NCBI RefSeq assembly: GCF_001194135.2
Contig: NC_068988.1
Span: 76,608,871 to 76,647,926, forward strand
Length of the DNA stretch: 39,056 bases
Direction of reading: 5' to 3'
DNA from: Octopus bimaculoides
Lineage: Eukaryota
In this document: positions 34,997 through 39,056 of the stretch, piece by piece
How the letters are laid out: each line of letters opens with the position of its first letter
How positions within the stretch are numbered: position 1 is the stretch's first letter
Position numbers and translations under genes: made by a program
Notes under the pieces: generated by a model
The model's database searches: none
Seen by the model: only the letters and a program-made list of their open reading frames with translations
What the model was told of the DNA's origin: nothing

Positions 34997-36120
34997 NNNN
35001 NNNNNNNNNNNNNNNNNNNNNNNNNNNNNNNNNNNNNNNNNNNNNNNNNNNNNNNNNNNNNNNNNNNNNNNNNNNNNNNNNNNNNNNNNNNNNNNNNNNN
35101 NNNNNNNNNNNNNNNNNNNNNNNNNNNNNNNNNNNNNNNNNNNNNNNNNNNNNNNNNNNNNNNNNNNNNNNNNNNNNNNNNNNNNNNNNNNNNNNNNNNN
35201 NNNNNNNNNNNNNNNNNNNNNNNNNNNNNNNNNNNNNNNNNNNNNNNNNNNNNNNNNNNNNNNNNNNNNNNNNNNNNNNNNNNNNNNNNNNNNNNNNNNN
35301 NNNNNNNNNNNNNNNNNNNNNNNNNNNNNNNNNNNNNNNNNNNNNNNNNNNNNNNNNNNNNNNNNNNNNNNNNNNNNNNNNNNNNNNNNNNNNNNNNNNN
35401 NNNNNNNNNNNNNNNNNNNNNNNNNNNNNNNNNNNNNNNNNNNNNNNNNNNNNNNNNNNNNNNNNNNNNNNNNNNNNNNNNNNNNNNNNNNNNNNNNNNN
35501 NNNNNNNNNNNNNNNNNNNNNNNNNNNNNNNNNNNNNNNNNNNNNNNNNNNNNNNNNNNNNNNNNNNNNNNNNNNNNNNNNNNNNNNNNNNNNNNNNNNN
35601 NNNNNNNNNNNNNNNNNNNNNNNNNNNNNNNNNNNNNNNNNNNNNNNNNNNNNNNNNNNNNNNNNNNNNNNNNNNNNNNNNNNNNNNNNNNNNNNNNNNN
35701 NNNNNNNNNNNNNNNNNNNNNNNNNNNNNNNNNNNNNNNNNNNNNNNNNNNNNNNNNNNNNNNNNNNNNNNNNNNNNNNNNNNNNNNNNNNNNNNNNNNN
35801 NNNNNNNNNNNNNNNNNNNNNNNNNNNNNNNNNNNNNNNNNNNNNNNNNNNNNNNNNNNNNNNNNNNNNNNNNNNNNNNNNNNNNNNNNNNNNNNNNNNN
35901 NNNNNNNNNNNNNNNNNNNNNNNNNNNNNNNNNNNNNNNNNNNNNNNNNNNNNNNNNNNNNNNNTGCATGAAAAATCATTAATATAATATTTACAAATAT
36001 AAAAATTTTAATAAATAAATAAATAAAAAATATATATATAAAATATATATATATATACACGTAAAGCTAGAACATCCCAATGTTACACATATATATACCT
36101 ATATACCTGAATATTTGTAG

Positions 36121-36142
36121 AGATGAGCCACATTTGGAATAA
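36121..36142 (+). CDS. Candidate terminal coding exon
   Basis: Acceptor ...CCTGAATATTTGTAG; in phase with the 33747 exon gives (K)DEPHLE followed by tandem TAA TAA. Confidence 0.35.
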
Positions 36143-36334
36143 TAAATGCAATTCTCTGCTTTGCCTTCAAACATTCGATTTTGGAGAGAATCCCTTGATG
36201 AAGTATGTGTGTGTGTGTGAGAGAGAGAGAGAGAAAGTGTGTGTGTGTGTGTGTGAGAGAGAGAGAAAGTGTGTGTGTGTGTGTGTGTGTGTGTTTGTGT
36301 GTGCGTTTGTGCGTGTGTGTGCGTGTGTGTGTGT

Positions 36335-36385
36335 TTGGGAACATGTCCATGTTTTTACTGCGTAAAAACATGGACATGTTCCCAA
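36335..36385. repeat. Perfect 24-bp inverted repeat with 3-nt loop
   Basis: TTGGGAACATGTCCATGTTTTTAC-TGC-GTAAAAACATGGACATGTTCCCAA. Confidence 0.95.
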
Positions 36386-36691
36386 TGAATGGTGAACTGG
36401 AAAGAGGACCCCCCTTTCTATCTATCTATCTATCTATCTATCAGCCTATCTACCAACCTATATTTCTATCTATCCATCTTCATTGTCAATAGAACGTCAC
36501 CCAAAACAAAAGCAATGTTTTCTTCTTCTAAACAAAGCCCCCCCCCCCCAAACATCTGTTTTATATAAATGAACAAGTTGTTTGTACATTCACAAAATTT
36601 TGTTTGACAAGTTTGAGAAACGAACGAAAGTGCTAATAATAATGAAGAAATAAAAAGATATTTTTCCAAAATTCTAACGACTTTTTTTCTC

Positions 36692-38018
36692 CAAGTATGA
36701 AATTTGTAGAAAAGAAAAAAGTTTGCTAATGTTTTATAAATACAAGGAATAGTTTTATTCATCAAAGTATGCACCCATATTGTTACCACACTTTTACCAT
36801 TTCAGCAGTAGCTTGACCGGCCTGGAGCTGTAAAAGCCTGGCAATCTAGAGTCAATAAAATCTTGGACGGCCTGTTTCATAGCATCATCGGAATTAATTT
36901 TTTTTCCAATCAAAAAGTTATCCAAATTCTGGAAGAAGTGGTAGTCGGGGGGGGGGGGCAAGATCAGGTGAGTATGGTGGATGATGAAGAACTTTGAACT
37001 CCAACTCCCGTAATTTCGCCAGTGTCTTTTTGCGATGTGTGGTTTGGCGTTGTCTTGCAATGAAATAGGAATAGTTCTGTTGACTAATCTAGGTTGTTTT
37101 CTTTTGTAAGTTTCTGCATTATTTGGTCCAGTTGGCTGCAGTGTACTTCGGCCGTGATTGATGAGCCAGGCTTAATGAAATGATAATGGATCACACATGC
37201 GCCAGACCACCAAACACATACCATCAGCTTTTTTTGATGAATTTTGCTTTTTGGACTGTGCTTTGGTGGATCATCTTTGTCCAAGCATTGTGCTGAACGT
37301 TTATAGTTGTTGTATTGGATCCATTTTTCATCACATGTTACAATTCGATTAAAAAATGATTCATTTTTGTGACGAGAAAGTAGCATAATGCAGGTTTCTA
37401 AACATTGCTGTTTCTGATTTTCATTGAGTTCTTGTGGAACCCACTTATCTACCTTTTACACTTTCCGATTTGAACTAGGTGAGTCAATATTGTTTGCTTG
37501 CTAACACCAAACAACAACGATAATTCACGGGCACTTTGAGATGGATCTAACCCGANNNNNNNNNNGATAATTCACGGGCACTTTGAGATGGATCTAACCC
37601 GACAGTGGCTTTCAGTTCGTCATTATCCACCTTTGTTTCTGGTCGACCGCGTTGCTTATTTGTGAGGTCAAAGTTACCAAAACGAAATTTTGCAAACCAA
37701 TTTGATACTGTCTGCTGTGTAATAACATTAGAATGAAATACTCCATTAATATTACGAGCTGTCTGTGATGCTGTATTTCCAAGAAGGAACTCATATTTCA
37801 AAACTGTAGGAATTTCCGACTTATCCATCTCTAAACAAAAATAGCAGAACACGATTTATAAATACTTTATAAAGCACAAAATAAGTTAGAATAAAGAAAT
37901 AGATGTGTCAGCTTTCTAACAAAGAATAAAGATTGTCAAAATATAATAATGGTGCAAAATGAGCAGCTGTCAAAATTTACCATATACCTTACTACAAATT
38001 TCATACTTGATGACCTAA
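36692..38018 (-). mobile_element. Near full-length mariner element (DD34D, Hsmar1/cecropia-like) with pseudogenised transposase
   Basis: MDKSEI..VLKYEF.LG.TASQTARNIN, WVPQEL, RIVTCDEKW, QDNAKPH and SPDL.P.DYHFF motifs. TIR core CAAGTATGAAATTTGTAG at 36692-36709 and its reverse complement at 37992-38009; TA at 38019-38020. Confidence 0.95.
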
Positions 38019-38036
38019 TATATATATATAGATATC

Positions 38037-38278
38037 AGAGCACAAGGACTATTGGTTAGGGTGTTGCACTCACAGCTGAGAGATTGTGGTTTCAATTCCT
38101 GGATCAGACTGTGTGTTGTGTTCTTGAGCAAAATACTTCATCTTATTTTGCTCTACAACCACTTTAACACTTGATGTGCAGAACACATCTAATGTGTGTA
38201 CCTGTCCAGCACATATTTTATCACTATAAACAAATCATTGGACAGAACTTCCTTTCTTGAACTCTATAAGACTACTAT
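38037..38278 (+). mobile_element. tRNA-derived SINE (family E)
   Basis: TTGGTTAGGGTG A box, GGTTTCAATTCC B box, TTGTGTTCTTGAGCAAAA. Confidence 0.8.
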
Positions 38279-38299
38279 CATATATTTCTTTTTTTTACT

Positions 38300-38478
38300 T
38301 TCTTTTATTTGTTTCAGTCATTTGACTACGGCCATGCTGGAGCACCGCCTTTAGTCGAGCTAATCGGCTTCAGACTTATTTGTAAGCCTAGTACTTATTT
38401 TATCTGTCTCTCTTGCCGAACGGCTAATTTACAGGGACGTAAACACACCAGCATCGGTTGTCAAACGATGTTGGGGGG
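38300..38478 (-). mobile_element. SINE (family D), cut by a 10-N gap
   Basis: GTTTCAGTCATTTGACTACGGCCATGCTGGAGCACCGCC...GCATCGGTTGTCAAACGATGTTGGGGGG. Confidence 0.9.
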
Positions 38479-39056
38479 NNNNNNNNNNTATATATATATA
38501 TATAAAAGCTCCCAGAGATAATAATTCCCATTGTAATTGAGAGTTATTTATAATTTATAATTTATAGTACAGTGTAATATAATATTAGGTCTTAAGGCAG
38601 GCATATCGATGTACAATTTACCAATAGCAATTGTGGGCTTTACAATAGCTCCTAGGATAATATAATATAATTTCTATTAGAATAGATGATTGCTTATAAA
38701 TTATGAACATTTTTCATAATATTGCAAGGGGTTGCCTCCCCTTAATGGACTTTTGTTTAGAAAGGGACGAATTTAACGAGTCATCTAACGACAAATTTAA
38801 ATATGGACGAAACCTAGAAATGTGGTGTTGATCTCCTATTCTTGACTTTTGTTTGATTTTTGTTTGTTCTCAAATGTATTCCCTGAAGTCGTGTAAGGCA
38901 ACTTATATGTTTGACTTAAATTTGACAGTCAAATATAGCCTTATACAGAAATGTTGACATAGGAATAAATTACAATAATAATGGATATTAGCATCAAATC
39001 TCTCTCTTAAATTTAAATTTAAAACTTTGTATATATATATATATATATATATATAT

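Noticed and set aside
37519-37602. 37-bp direct repeat inside the mariner transposase
   Set aside because: Identical copies flank a 10-N gap, which is the typical signature of an unmerged contig overlap.

Overview
Eukaryotic, AT-rich, repeat-dominated genomic DNA with eight assembly gaps. It is not prokaryotic, and I see no CRISPR array, rRNA gene or bona fide tRNA gene. The repeat set (RTE LINEs with (GAT)n tails, tRNA-derived SINEs, dense CA/TA/TACA microsatellites) resembles what I recall of octopod cephalopod genomes; this assignment is inference, not a database result. Most of the window is decayed transposon sequence: several RTE-clade LINEs, three R4/Dong-like restriction-like-endonuclease LINE fragments, two Helitrons, two mariner elements, a 1.3-kb non-autonomous Tc1/mariner-type element, a 0.7-kb foldback element and at least 14 SINE copies. 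A 62-bp satellite with a 247-bp higher-order period opens the window. Four small plus-strand segments with canonical splice sites (18300-18358, 32655-32703, 33747-33812, 36121-36142) join in frame into a plausible membrane-protein C-terminus, so much of the window may be intronic. The most notable signals are a dispersed family of minimal type-I hammerhead ribozyme motifs (best copy 8102-8150 on the minus strand), a structured satellite apparently derived from the RTE 3' UTR repeat, an exon enclosed by complementary microsatellites, and several clear repair or retrotransposition scars. Most ORFs in the supplied track are microsatellite or N-gap artefacts.
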